Assembly (NCBI GenBank): GCA_963675245.1
Contig: OY775910.1
Span: 896,001 to 960,000, forward strand
Source: Acholeplasmataceae bacterium
GTDB taxonomy: Bacteria; Bacillota_I; Bacilli_A; Acholeplasmatales; Acholeplasmataceae
Length of the DNA stretch: 64,000 nt
Direction: 5' to 3'
Part shown: piece after piece, positions 21,101 to 29,352 of the stretch
Layout of the letters: the number at the start of each line of letters is the position of its first letter
Position numbering within the stretch: position 1 is the first letter of the stretch
Notes under the pieces: generated by a model
Told to the model about the DNA's origin: nothing
The model's input: only the letters and a program-made list of their open reading frames with translations
Databases searched by the model: none
Made by a program: the position numbers and the translations under genes

Positions 21101-22520
21101 TGCAACTTGGAATGTTGAATTAGGTTATGAACAAGGTTCAGTTACAGCTTCAATGGGTCTATTAAAGAATAAAGATCAAAACATTAATAAAGACCAATGG
21201 CTCAACCCAGCAATTAACTTCCATCGTACACCATTCTCAGGTCGTAACAATGAATATTATGGACAAGATGGTTTCCATGCTGGCTATCTAGCTATATTTG
21301 TTGTTCAAGGTATTCAAGATCGTGGTGTTGGTAGTCATATTAAACATATGTTATTAAATGACCAAGAAACAAACCGTAACTCTGGTGACTTATTCGCATG
21401 GGTATCAGAACAAGCATTACGTGAAATCTACTTAGTTCCTTGGCAAAAAGCTATTCAAGAAGGTGGCGCAGAAGGTGCAATGTCTGCATTCGCACGTATC
21501 GGTTCAGTTCCTACACCTGTCAGTTATAATATGGTCGAAGAACTTGTCCGTACACAATGGGGAGCACCTAATTTCATGTTCCATCCTGACTTCTATAGAG
21601 CAGAATCAAATGTATCATCTGAAGACTTAATGTTACGTACAGGTCATAATCATGCACCTGGTGGAAACAACACAACTAATGAAGGTACTGCAGCGAATGA
21701 TACATATGCAGGTCGTTGGGATCCAGAATATGTTAATCCATTAACTGGAGAACTTGGTGGTGTTATGATTGGTAGAGACAATGAAAATACTGGTCAAGAA
21801 GCTTATTATTCTAATAACCAATGGTATGTAGTTCGCTATAGTGGAATGCTCATGATGAGCGAATATGCTAACCAAGCACATACACTAAACGGAATTATCC
21901 TTTCAGATTGGATGGGTGGACAATTTGGAATTAATGCTGCTGATTCAGTCAAACTAGATGCAAGCTTCGATGGTGCAAAAGACAAAGCAACAATCTTTGA
22001 ATATGAAATCATCGATGGTACATTACCTGCAGGTTTATCATTAGACTCATACACTGGTATGATTACTGGTACTGCAACTGAACTTGGAACTTTCACAGTA
22101 ACAGTTCAAGGTGTATTTGATCGTTGGATTAAAGGTGAAGCAGACTTTACAATCGTCGTTGGACATGGTTCAATCGTGTCACAAGTAATTAATGACGCAG
22201 GTGAATTAGTGCTTACATTCTCAGATGGTGAAGATGTTAATCTTGGTGTTGTTGTCGGTGCAGATGGTGCAGATGGTGCTGATGGTGCTGTAGGTCCTCA
22301 AGGTCCTGCTGGTGCTGATGGTGCTGACGGTGCTGTAGGTCCTCAAGGTCCTGCTGGTGCTGATGGAGCTGACGGTGTTGATGGACAAGATTATGTCCCA
22401 GAAGATACTGGTTGCGGTAGTGTAATTAACGTAGCAAGCACAGTTATCATGATGACATCAGTAATTGCTTTTGCAGTATTAGCATTATTACGTAAAAAAG
22501 CCACACAATTCAATAAATAA
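18168..22520 (+). CDS. Surface-anchored multidomain GH3 glycosidase (GH3_C/FnIII before the GH3 barrel; inserted modules, Ig-like domain, collagen stalk, C-terminal TM)
   Basis: Signal peptide; EGSVLLKN, NPSGKTVD, YSEDIYMGYRYYET, YPFGYGLSYS, AGKEVVEIY; later HRTPFSGRNNEYY, KHMLLNDQE, EQALREIYL; Gly-X-Y repeat; GCGS-TM-RKK. Start set at ATG 18168. Confidence 0.88.
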   Translation: MKVRIKKNSFSLVRHMLVLTLTLFIAISAGSLAFAANNGIAIPTYDTLEEAQAAAAELNIELTGEGSVLLKNQSDALPLSKSSEGVTVFGYAAASLQGGSGELVAELADAGFTVNPTLILEEDALTATIDTAYDDVGVVVLRRGGGEGQDLSVATDELADDANENVNGWTHERLAQNSAGEDLKHYLMLTSAEIAMIEQAKAKTAKVVVLLNTSTPLEMYNLEHDAGVDAIMFIGRPGANGLKAVPKLLSGEINPSGKTVDEWYKDFSMDPTWYNSIANVQNDAGSNSYILSDGSQASSIGLHGVDYSEDIYMGYRYYETVYAEILAGNLSFDGADLSEAAPLDAQAEADLWYADNVVYPFGYGLSYSTFDISILSISESSLDAADISSSVFDPANIKSISLIVEVTNTGDVAGKEVVEIYAQAPYTAGEIEKASVNLVAYAKTDLLQPGKSQKLLIEVQLQDFASYDYNDANSNGFKGFELEGGVYTLFASNTSHCVAATEQVSLTIVGDALLGLDDFTDNEIMNLFSVENGRNYSLRRNDGDFDGDGVYGDIMFSDEQVLLSRAALVSTFPQAPVTTVDGIPVSAFTEFDNTVSYAIDDIVKVTIVQSGFTGTGSVTYYKFIAAHAPGEFNLAEVETLSGIYSGGLVVTQEFADLMDYYAKFTLNLWETEYPYFNPASSYATNDEFGLTDTKQVYQATKDSAAVPEVTVDGTFAIDSYLLSNGTIYHVIAEIPTITFKDNGPVADGIATQAYAVGDYVNYSYTSWGGARSGSVLITAPIAVGEAINTRTNAQNFSASMRLITDGDTPNVAEVSQETYITTVMEATLTATENTGEYVYSDQLFIGSEGVNGYDGNVDGLYDVDAEMLEGWTQMADADAQLAAREAAGDDWIYYNDLNGILFNDENMIMSGKLAGMTGVEAWTKFMNQWTWNDFYTANWSGGANGNAVENLGIPSGGIADSPTNWNGTYTWCDNATIGATWNVELGYEQGSVTASMGLLKNKDQNINKDQWLNPAINFHRTPFSGRNNEYYGQDGFHAGYLAIFVVQGIQDRGVGSHIKHMLLNDQETNRNSGDLFAWVSEQALREIYLVPWQKAIQEGGAEGAMSAFARIGSVPTPVSYNMVEELVRTQWGAPNFMFHPDFYRAESNVSSEDLMLRTGHNHAPGGNNTTNEGTAANDTYAGRWDPEYVNPLTGELGGVMIGRDNENTGQEAYYSNNQWYVVRYSGMLMMSEYANQAHTLNGIILSDWMGGQFGINAADSVKLDASFDGAKDKATIFEYEIIDGTLPAGLSLDSYTGMITGTATELGTFTVTVQGVFDRWIKGEADFTIVVGHGSIVSQVINDAGELVLTFSDGEDVNLGVVVGADGADGADGAVGPQGPAGADGADGAVGPQGPAGADGADGVDGQDYVPEDTGCGSVINVASTVIMMTSVIAFAVLALLRKKATQFNK
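22257..22391 (+). repeat. Collagen-like (Gly-X-Y)15 coding repeat containing a 45-bp tandem duplication
   Basis: GADGADGADGAVGPQGPAGADGADGAVGPQGPAGADGADGVDGQD. Confidence 0.9.
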
Positions 22521-22583
22521 AATTATTTATAGCATGATAATATTTACAGATTAGATTAAATAGTAAATAACTATTAAAATGGA

Positions 22584-22642
22584 TATGTTCGGGATATTCT
22601 TTGGTATGCGATTATCGCAAGTCAAGAGAATATCCCGACATA
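22584..22642 (+). other. Long intergenic hairpin without a U-tract
   Basis: TATGTTCGGGATATTCT...TGCGA-TTA-TCGCA...AGAATATCCCGACATA. Confidence 0.65.
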
Positions 22643-22672
22643 ACCTTATATTAAGAAATAAAGGAGTTAGCC

Positions 22673-24814
22673 ATGAAAAAGAAAATATATTTCTTTATAA
22701 AGCTACTTTCGCTATCGTTGTTATCATTAAGTGTTCTTTATTCATGTGTTGGCGGTACAACAGAAACGGATAGACTAGACGTTTCTACCGTTTATTTTCA
22801 TGATAATTATCAAGACATTTATGAAAAGTTAGTCGTAGAAGCTGGAGAAACAATTACACTTCCTGATGATCCGTCACGCGTTGGATACACATTTGAAGGA
22901 TGGATGTTGAGTGCAGATCCCGATGCTACTGATGCTTTTGATCATTTGCAAGCGATCAACGAAGATATAACAGTATATGCAAAGTGGAGCAGAGATAATA
23001 CCGTTAGCCTTGTCACCTTAAAGTTTTTAAATTACAGTACTGCAGATGAAATTTTGGCAGTCACAAAAGGTTCAGTATTTGCTGAACCAGACACACCAAT
23101 TTACGATGAAAATGAAATGTATGCATTTGTGGATTGGTATACGGATAAAGATTTAACAGAGGTTTATGACTTCAGTTTGGAAGTCAATGATGACCTCGTT
23201 TTGTATGCTGGATGGGTTCAACAAAAAGCATATTTAAAATTAGACTATAACTTTACAGCATCTCCAGATCCTACGATTATTATTGTAAATATTGGTGAAA
23301 CTGTAAGTCAAATAGAAACGCCAACCAGAGATCAATATGCGTTTGGCGATTGGTACTCAGAAAGAATAGGTGGCTTGCCTTTTGATTTAAATACACCTAT
23401 TGATTCTGATTTAACGATTTATGCACATTGGAGTAGAAGTGCATATATCGTAGCATTTAACATTAATTCTGGTCAACTTGAAGATGGCACACAGTTAAGT
23501 TATGAAATTGCAAACAATGCATCTGCTGAAACAGAAGCAGCATTAATTGAAGATGCGTTATCTTTAGTTGGACACGACTTTGCAGGATGGTACTTAATTG
23601 AAATAGATCCAGATTCAGAAGATCCATTACCTGAAGATTACTTAGCTGATTTAACAAGCATTAATGATGATATGGTTTTATACGCAGCATGGACACTTAG
23701 TGAATATCAAATTGATTTTGATTATAACTATGAAGGTGCACCAGAACAACCTGACAGTCAACTTGTTAAATACAGTAAATTTATCCAAGCACCTACAATA
23801 GATGATCGAGAAGGATATCTATTTGGAGGTTGGTTTACTGAGCCTGAAGGCACTAATCAGTTTACACTAGATGATACGCCTGTTACGGGTGATATCACAT
23901 TATATGCGAAGTGGATTGATGAATCTACTCAATTTGATGATGTTACAGTTACATATATTTATAATTTAGGTACTGGTGATGTACAATATAGTACGCTTGA
24001 TGTCGCATATAATGGAACAGTTGGTACAAATGGACCTCAAAATCCAGAAATAGAAGATTATATGTTTGCTGGATGGTTCCGTGATAGTCAATTCTCGACT
24101 AGATTTAGCAACAGTTTGAACTTAACTGATGACATAACTGTTTATGCTAAGATGCTTAAAAAATACACATTTGAAGCAGAAGCAACTGACCTTACAGATA
24201 AGATTGGACAAGGAACTTCAACAAACTCTTTTGAAGAAGAATTGATCATGGACTATACTTTTGTAGGAGATGGTAGTAATACAGGAGAATCAACTGTAAG
24301 CAATGGGTTCTTTGTAAGAGAACTTTACTATTATGGTGCGTATTTAGATTTTGTCATTGATGCTGAAGCTGACGAAACAGACGCTGTTTTATATCTTCGT
24401 GTTTCCAGCGAATCATATGTATTCTTTGGCGCAAAGGCTAAAGAAGAGGGCGGAGAACTTTACAATTACTTGTCAGATACTGAATTCAAAATCATCGTAA
24501 ATGGTGAATGGTCTGGCGATGAACCATTAACGTGGTTAGAATATGGTGGTATTTACTTACCTATGGCTAACACTATAGAACCTGGAGATGTAGATGGTCA
24601 TAAAACACCATTTGAAGATGTTTTCATTATTGATGGTTTAACACTTAATGAAGGTTTAAACTTTATCACATTATATGTTAGCAATAATAACAACCATGGT
24701 GGTACTTTCCACGCAGAAGCGCCAGTCATCGACTGTATTTATATTTACTCATCTGTCGAGTTGACAATGCAAGATTATGAATTCTATTTACTAGATGGCG
24801 TTAAGACTGGATAA
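22673..24814 (+). CDS. Lipoprotein with about six InlB B-repeats (Listeria-Bacteroides repeats) and a C-terminal CBM-like domain
   Basis: Lipobox LYSC; repeated P.R.GY.F.GW...F......D.TLYA.W units; YTFEAE start of a jelly-roll-like domain. Confidence 0.82.
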   Translation: MKKKIYFFIKLLSLSLLSLSVLYSCVGGTTETDRLDVSTVYFHDNYQDIYEKLVVEAGETITLPDDPSRVGYTFEGWMLSADPDATDAFDHLQAINEDITVYAKWSRDNTVSLVTLKFLNYSTADEILAVTKGSVFAEPDTPIYDENEMYAFVDWYTDKDLTEVYDFSLEVNDDLVLYAGWVQQKAYLKLDYNFTASPDPTIIIVNIGETVSQIETPTRDQYAFGDWYSERIGGLPFDLNTPIDSDLTIYAHWSRSAYIVAFNINSGQLEDGTQLSYEIANNASAETEAALIEDALSLVGHDFAGWYLIEIDPDSEDPLPEDYLADLTSINDDMVLYAAWTLSEYQIDFDYNYEGAPEQPDSQLVKYSKFIQAPTIDDREGYLFGGWFTEPEGTNQFTLDDTPVTGDITLYAKWIDESTQFDDVTVTYIYNLGTGDVQYSTLDVAYNGTVGTNGPQNPEIEDYMFAGWFRDSQFSTRFSNSLNLTDDITVYAKMLKKYTFEAEATDLTDKIGQGTSTNSFEEELIMDYTFVGDGSNTGESTVSNGFFVRELYYYGAYLDFVIDAEADETDAVLYLRVSSESYVFFGAKAKEEGGELYNYLSDTEFKIIVNGEWSGDEPLTWLEYGGIYLPMANTIEPGDVDGHKTPFEDVFIIDGLTLNEGLNFITLYVSNNNNHGGTFHAEAPVIDCIYIYSSVELTMQDYEFYLLDGVKTG

Positions 24815-24864
24815 TAAGTAATTAAAATGTATAACGTTATGAGTAAATGTAAAGGAGAAAAAGT

Positions 24865-25392
24865 ATGAATATAACAAAACCTTTTTACAAACAAATAAAT
24901 TTTTATTTATCAGTAATAGCATTGATTCTTTCGATGGTTGCACTGATACTATATGCACTGAACGTTCCTTCGGAATTCAATGGAGGAAAAGTTTCTAGTG
25001 CGGTAGTTACTGCGGATGTTGTAGCAATCATTGTATTAATATTCGCTATATCAGCAAATGTTGCTGAAAACTATTTTAAAGACAACACATTATTACTAGA
25101 TATTTTCAGTTATAGACGTTTTCTTGTTTATATAGCATTTGTATCGCTTCTATATAGTTTCCTTATGGGGATTTTAACAGAATATTCTTTGATTGGTACG
25201 ATTCTTTATCCCATCGTATCTGGAACAGTAGGAGACCCAGTGGATCCTATCCTTTCGTTTAGCTATTTTGCTAATTTGATTGGAACACTTATAGCAGTTG
25301 TATTAACATCAACAACCGCGATTATCCAAAGAAAATCATTCTATAAAGTAGAAAAGAACCCCACAGTTGAAATCAAGGAAGCAGGAAATTAA
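24865..25392 (+). CDS. Hypothetical membrane protein (about 4 TM)
   Basis: RBS AAGGAG; hydrophobic segments; lies between the lipoprotein and the second GH3. Confidence 0.8.
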   Translation: MNITKPFYKQINFYLSVIALILSMVALILYALNVPSEFNGGKVSSAVVTADVVAIIVLIFAISANVAENYFKDNTLLLDIFSYRRFLVYIAFVSLLYSFLMGILTEYSLIGTILYPIVSGTVGDPVDPILSFSYFANLIGTLIAVVLTSTTAIIQRKSFYKVEKNPTVEIKEAGN

Positions 25393-25393
25393 T

Positions 25394-28300
25394 ATGAAAA
25401 CATTTAAGAAACTTCTAAAACGAAAATTATGGGAAAAATGGTTAGTTAGATTTACGTCATTGATGTTAATTATGTTTGTCATTAATGGCGCAGTTGCAGT
25501 ATTTAATAATGAAATTAGTTCTGCTCTAGGAACGGTTGACTATGTGACAGTTGAAGTAGATCCAGTAAGTGGTGAAACTGAACAAGTTATTAATTGGGAT
25601 CAACTGTATTCTGCAGACGATATTGAGGCATATTATAGAGCAGTGAATGAAGAGGTAGAAGCTGAAGGGTTAGTTCTTTTAAAGAATGATAATGATGCTT
25701 TACCACTTGAATCTAATGCGAATGTTTCATTTGCGCTTAGTGGCGCGGGAAAAATTTTCTATGCGACGCACGGTCCTGGTGTTCGTCGTGAAGGAGAATT
25801 GACGGATCTTTATGAAGCATTAACAGAAGAAACTAGTTTAAATGTTAATGATGAAATATACAATTTTTTAAGTACTGGAGAAGGTAAATCAAATCGTGGT
25901 ATTAAAAACGGTGTTTTCGTCACTAACGAACCTTCTTGGACAACTTATAGAACTGCAGGAATTAGTGATGCATACAGCACTCATGGAGGCACAGTTATTG
26001 CCGTAATCACACGTGAAAGTGGTGAAGGTGTCGATGCTTCATGGACTGGTAGTGATGGTGTTGATGGCAGCTATTTAACATTAACAGTTAATGAGTTACA
26101 AATTTTAGAACAACTTGCTCTTAAGAAAAGAGCAGGAGAAATTGATAAGATTGTTGTTTTAATTAATTCGGCAATGACCATACAATGCGACTTTCTATAT
26201 AATGAAAACTATGGTGTAGACGCAGCTATGTGGATTGGCCTTCCAGGTGCAACAGGCATGAAGGCTGTTGCTAAAGCATTGATTGGCGATGTGAATCCTT
26301 CTGGCCGTTTATCAGATACATTCCTAAATGATAATTTTTCATCTCCAGCAGCAATGTACTGGGTAGAAAATGATGGCTTTTCATCAGAGTATGCCAATGC
26401 AAGTGAATTAGAATTAAATAACTCACAAATGTATTATGGCGTCTATGTTGAAGGTGTTTATGTAGGTTATCGCTATTATGAGACACGTTATGAAGATTAT
26501 GTGATACAAAGTGCTGGTGTTGGTGAGTATGATTATAGTAGTGATGTCGCTTATCCATTCGGATATGGGTTATCATATACTGACTTTGAGTATAGCAATC
26601 TTGTTATTACTGAAGAGTTAGATACTGAAAATCATGTTATTGCATATAATGTCAGCGTAACTGTGACGAATACAGGTGATGTGGCAGGTAAAGAAGTTGT
26701 TCAAATTTATTTACAAAAACCATATTCTGATTATACGAGAATGTTTGGTATTGAAGTACCATCGGTAGAATTAGTAGGTTTTGGTAAAACTGTACTTCTG
26801 GCCCCTGATGAAAGTGATACATTAAGTGCTACAATTTCAGATAAAGCAGATGTGGATCGCATGAAAGTAGCTTTTGAACAGTTTAGAATGTATGATGCTG
26901 AAAACGCAGGAACGTATATTTTAGCTGCTGGTGACTATTACTTAACGGTTGCTAAAGATTCACATGATGCAGTAAATAATATTTTGGCAGCAAAAGGATA
27001 TACAACAGCAAATAGTAATATGGATGCAGACGGTAATGCAGATTTAGTAGACAAAGTACTCATTCAACTCACCGTAAACAATGAAATATTTGCTGAATCA
27101 ACTGCTTTGGTATCGGAAGCACCAAATTCATTAACTGATACAGAAGTTGGCACTGCCATTGTAAATCAACTTGACTTTATGGATCCTAATCGCTTCTCAG
27201 GCGTTACGAATGATGTTACTGATGATGGTGACGTAGTTTATGTTTCACGTCAAAATTGGTTAGGTACACTTCCTTCAGAAGCGACTAACTTATCCTTGAC
27301 GAATCTTGTTGAAGAAAAATATGATATTACTAGTCATAAGAGTATCATCGAATCTGATGGTGCAACGATGCCTACGTTCAATGATTTGAGTTCAGATTTA
27401 ACACTAGCTATGATGGCTGGATTATCCTATGATGATCCACTGTGGGATGCACTCTTAAACAAAATCTCACAAGATGATATGTTCTTAGTCTTAACAAACT
27501 GTTATGGCTATACACCAGCGCTCGCTAGTGTAGCGAAACCGATGACTGATGAAGATGATGGTCCTTATGGTGTAAGTAATACAGCAGAAGGATATTCTTC
27601 AATGAGTTGTGAAGGTATTATTGCCTCAAGTTTCAGTTTAGAAATTTTTAAAAAAGTCGGAGAAGCGATTGCTGCTGATGCGAGAAGCGGACATGATGAA
27701 GCACAAAAAAATCTTCATGGATTATATGCTCCAGGTTTAAATATGCACCGAGTCGCTTTTGGTGGAAGAGCTGCAGAATATTATTCAGAAGATCCAATTT
27801 TAAGTGGTATTGCTGCTATGTATGAAATTGAAACGATGCAAGAACAAGGTGTCGTTGCTATTCCTAAACACTTTATCTTTAACGATGAAGAATCTAACCG
27901 TAATGGTATATCAATTTGGATGAGTGAGCAAGCGGCAAGAGAAATATACTTATTGCCTTGGGAGTATGCACTTCGATCTGATATGGGTAATGCTCATTCA
28001 CTCATGACATCATTTAATAGAGCTGGTGCATTATGGACAAGTGCTAATGACAACCTAATGATGAACATCCTCCGCGATGAATGGCAATTTGACGGGTATA
28101 CACTAACTGATATGGCAGGTTCAAATGGTAAGTTATTTATGGTTTATGATGATGGCTTCATGAATGGTACTGACTGTTTCTTGGATAAAGGAACGTTAAG
28201 TGGATTCACAAGTGATATGAAAAATAGTCCAACATTTAATACAAACCTAAGAGAATCAATGCATCGATTGTTATATGTTCAAGCAAACTATAGTGCATCT

Positions 28301-28471
28301 ATGGATGGATATTCCAACTTGACTAGATTACAACCGGTTGCCGTATGGTGGAAAGTGACAATCAATACTGTAACGGTGGTTGCCATTACATTTACCGTTG
28401 TTTGTGGGGCTATGTATGTCTTAAGTGATATTGATAAACGAAAGAACATTTTTAAAGCTATTAATAAATAA
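25394..28471 (+). CDS. Domain-inverted GH3 beta-glycosidase with N- and C-terminal TM segments
   Basis: EGLVLLKN, NPSGRLSDT, YVGYRYYET, YPFGYGLSYT; then GGRAAEYYSED, KHFIFND, REIYLLPWE, GYTLTDM (nucleophile Asp). Start set at ATG 25394. Confidence 0.92.
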   Translation: MKTFKKLLKRKLWEKWLVRFTSLMLIMFVINGAVAVFNNEISSALGTVDYVTVEVDPVSGETEQVINWDQLYSADDIEAYYRAVNEEVEAEGLVLLKNDNDALPLESNANVSFALSGAGKIFYATHGPGVRREGELTDLYEALTEETSLNVNDEIYNFLSTGEGKSNRGIKNGVFVTNEPSWTTYRTAGISDAYSTHGGTVIAVITRESGEGVDASWTGSDGVDGSYLTLTVNELQILEQLALKKRAGEIDKIVVLINSAMTIQCDFLYNENYGVDAAMWIGLPGATGMKAVAKALIGDVNPSGRLSDTFLNDNFSSPAAMYWVENDGFSSEYANASELELNNSQMYYGVYVEGVYVGYRYYETRYEDYVIQSAGVGEYDYSSDVAYPFGYGLSYTDFEYSNLVITEELDTENHVIAYNVSVTVTNTGDVAGKEVVQIYLQKPYSDYTRMFGIEVPSVELVGFGKTVLLAPDESDTLSATISDKADVDRMKVAFEQFRMYDAENAGTYILAAGDYYLTVAKDSHDAVNNILAAKGYTTANSNMDADGNADLVDKVLIQLTVNNEIFAESTALVSEAPNSLTDTEVGTAIVNQLDFMDPNRFSGVTNDVTDDGDVVYVSRQNWLGTLPSEATNLSLTNLVEEKYDITSHKSIIESDGATMPTFNDLSSDLTLAMMAGLSYDDPLWDALLNKISQDDMFLVLTNCYGYTPALASVAKPMTDEDDGPYGVSNTAEGYSSMSCEGIIASSFSLEIFKKVGEAIAADARSGHDEAQKNLHGLYAPGLNMHRVAFGGRAAEYYSEDPILSGIAAMYEIETMQEQGVVAIPKHFIFNDEESNRNGISIWMSEQAAREIYLLPWEYALRSDMGNAHSLMTSFNRAGALWTSANDNLMMNILRDEWQFDGYTLTDMAGSNGKLFMVYDDGFMNGTDCFLDKGTLSGFTSDMKNSPTFNTNLRESMHRLLYVQANYSASMDGYSNLTRLQPVAVWWKVTINTVTVVAITFTVVCGAMYVLSDIDKRKNIFKAINK

Positions 28472-28494
28472 TATAATATTAATGTAATGTTAAT

Positions 28495-28528
28495 GGGGAA
28501 GGATTGCTTTTGTAATCCTCCCCCTTTT
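28495..28528 (+). terminator. Intrinsic terminator ending the glycosidase cluster
   Basis: GGGGAAGGATTGC-TTTT-GTAATCCTCCCC followed by CTTTT. Confidence 0.75.
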
Positions 28529-28580
28529 CTATGTTAAATGCTATAATTAAATTGTAGGATACATGTGAGAGGGTGTTTGG

Positions 28581-29351
28581 ATGAAAGAAGAATTATATCA
28601 ATCTTTAAAGGACATGTTATATGCAAGAAACGATGTTTACGCCGCACATCTTGGTGGATCAAGTGCAACTGGATTCGAAGATGAGTTTTCGGATTTAGAT
28701 TTAGAAGTTATATGCGCCGATCATGCCGTTGAAGACATATTCAAAGATGTTGAGACATTTCTTCAAAAAAATTATGGCATTTTACAATCTTATCGCATGC
28801 CCGAACCCACTTGGCATGGTTTTTCTCAGTGTTTTTACTTGGTTGATAAAATGCCTAAACATTTTTATATTGATTTAGCGATCGTGAAGAACACGCTTAA
28901 AGATCGTTTGACTGATAGTAAAAGACATGGTCACGCAGTTGTTTGGTTCGATAAAGGTCAATATATAATTGAAAAGGATGACTCAGATGAAGAAACCATC
29001 AAACGGGCAAAGCAGTTTTATCAAAGAGCGATTTCTATTGACTTTTTAATGATGATTGAAGTTGAAAAAAATTTAGATAGAAATAGATATATAGATGGAT
29101 TTCTAGCTTATTATCGATTTATTCAAAATCAGTTGGTCGTAATGTTGAATTTAAAGCACAGACCATATAAAGTGGATTTTGGTATGCGCTATGCATATCG
29201 CGATTATGATGATAAGGATTATAGATTTTTACAAAATTGCCTTCAGCAAAAAAGTTTAGAAGATCTTAAAAAGAATTATAAATTGGCGAAATCTTATTAT
29301 TTAGTATTAAAAAAAGAGTTTCAAGAAACGTATCAAAACAAAGAGGTGTAA
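28581..29351 (+). CDS. Nucleotidyltransferase-domain protein (pol-beta superfamily) with a helical C-terminal domain
   Basis: GGSSATGFEDEFSDLDL (GS...DxD) and a later IDL. Confidence 0.75.
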   Translation: MKEELYQSLKDMLYARNDVYAAHLGGSSATGFEDEFSDLDLEVICADHAVEDIFKDVETFLQKNYGILQSYRMPEPTWHGFSQCFYLVDKMPKHFYIDLAIVKNTLKDRLTDSKRHGHAVVWFDKGQYIIEKDDSDEETIKRAKQFYQRAISIDFLMMIEVEKNLDRNRYIDGFLAYYRFIQNQLVVMLNLKHRPYKVDFGMRYAYRDYDDKDYRFLQNCLQQKSLEDLKKNYKLAKSYYLVLKKEFQETYQNKEV

Positions 29352-29352
29352 G

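Noticed and set aside
22257..22391. Short tandem repeats as a possible CRISPR or VNTR element
   Set aside because: In-frame Gly-X-Y collagen coding repeat with no unique spacers and no cas genes.
22579..22773. 64-aa ORF
   Set aside because: Overlaps the hairpin and the lipoprotein start in another frame; no RBS or recognisable motif.
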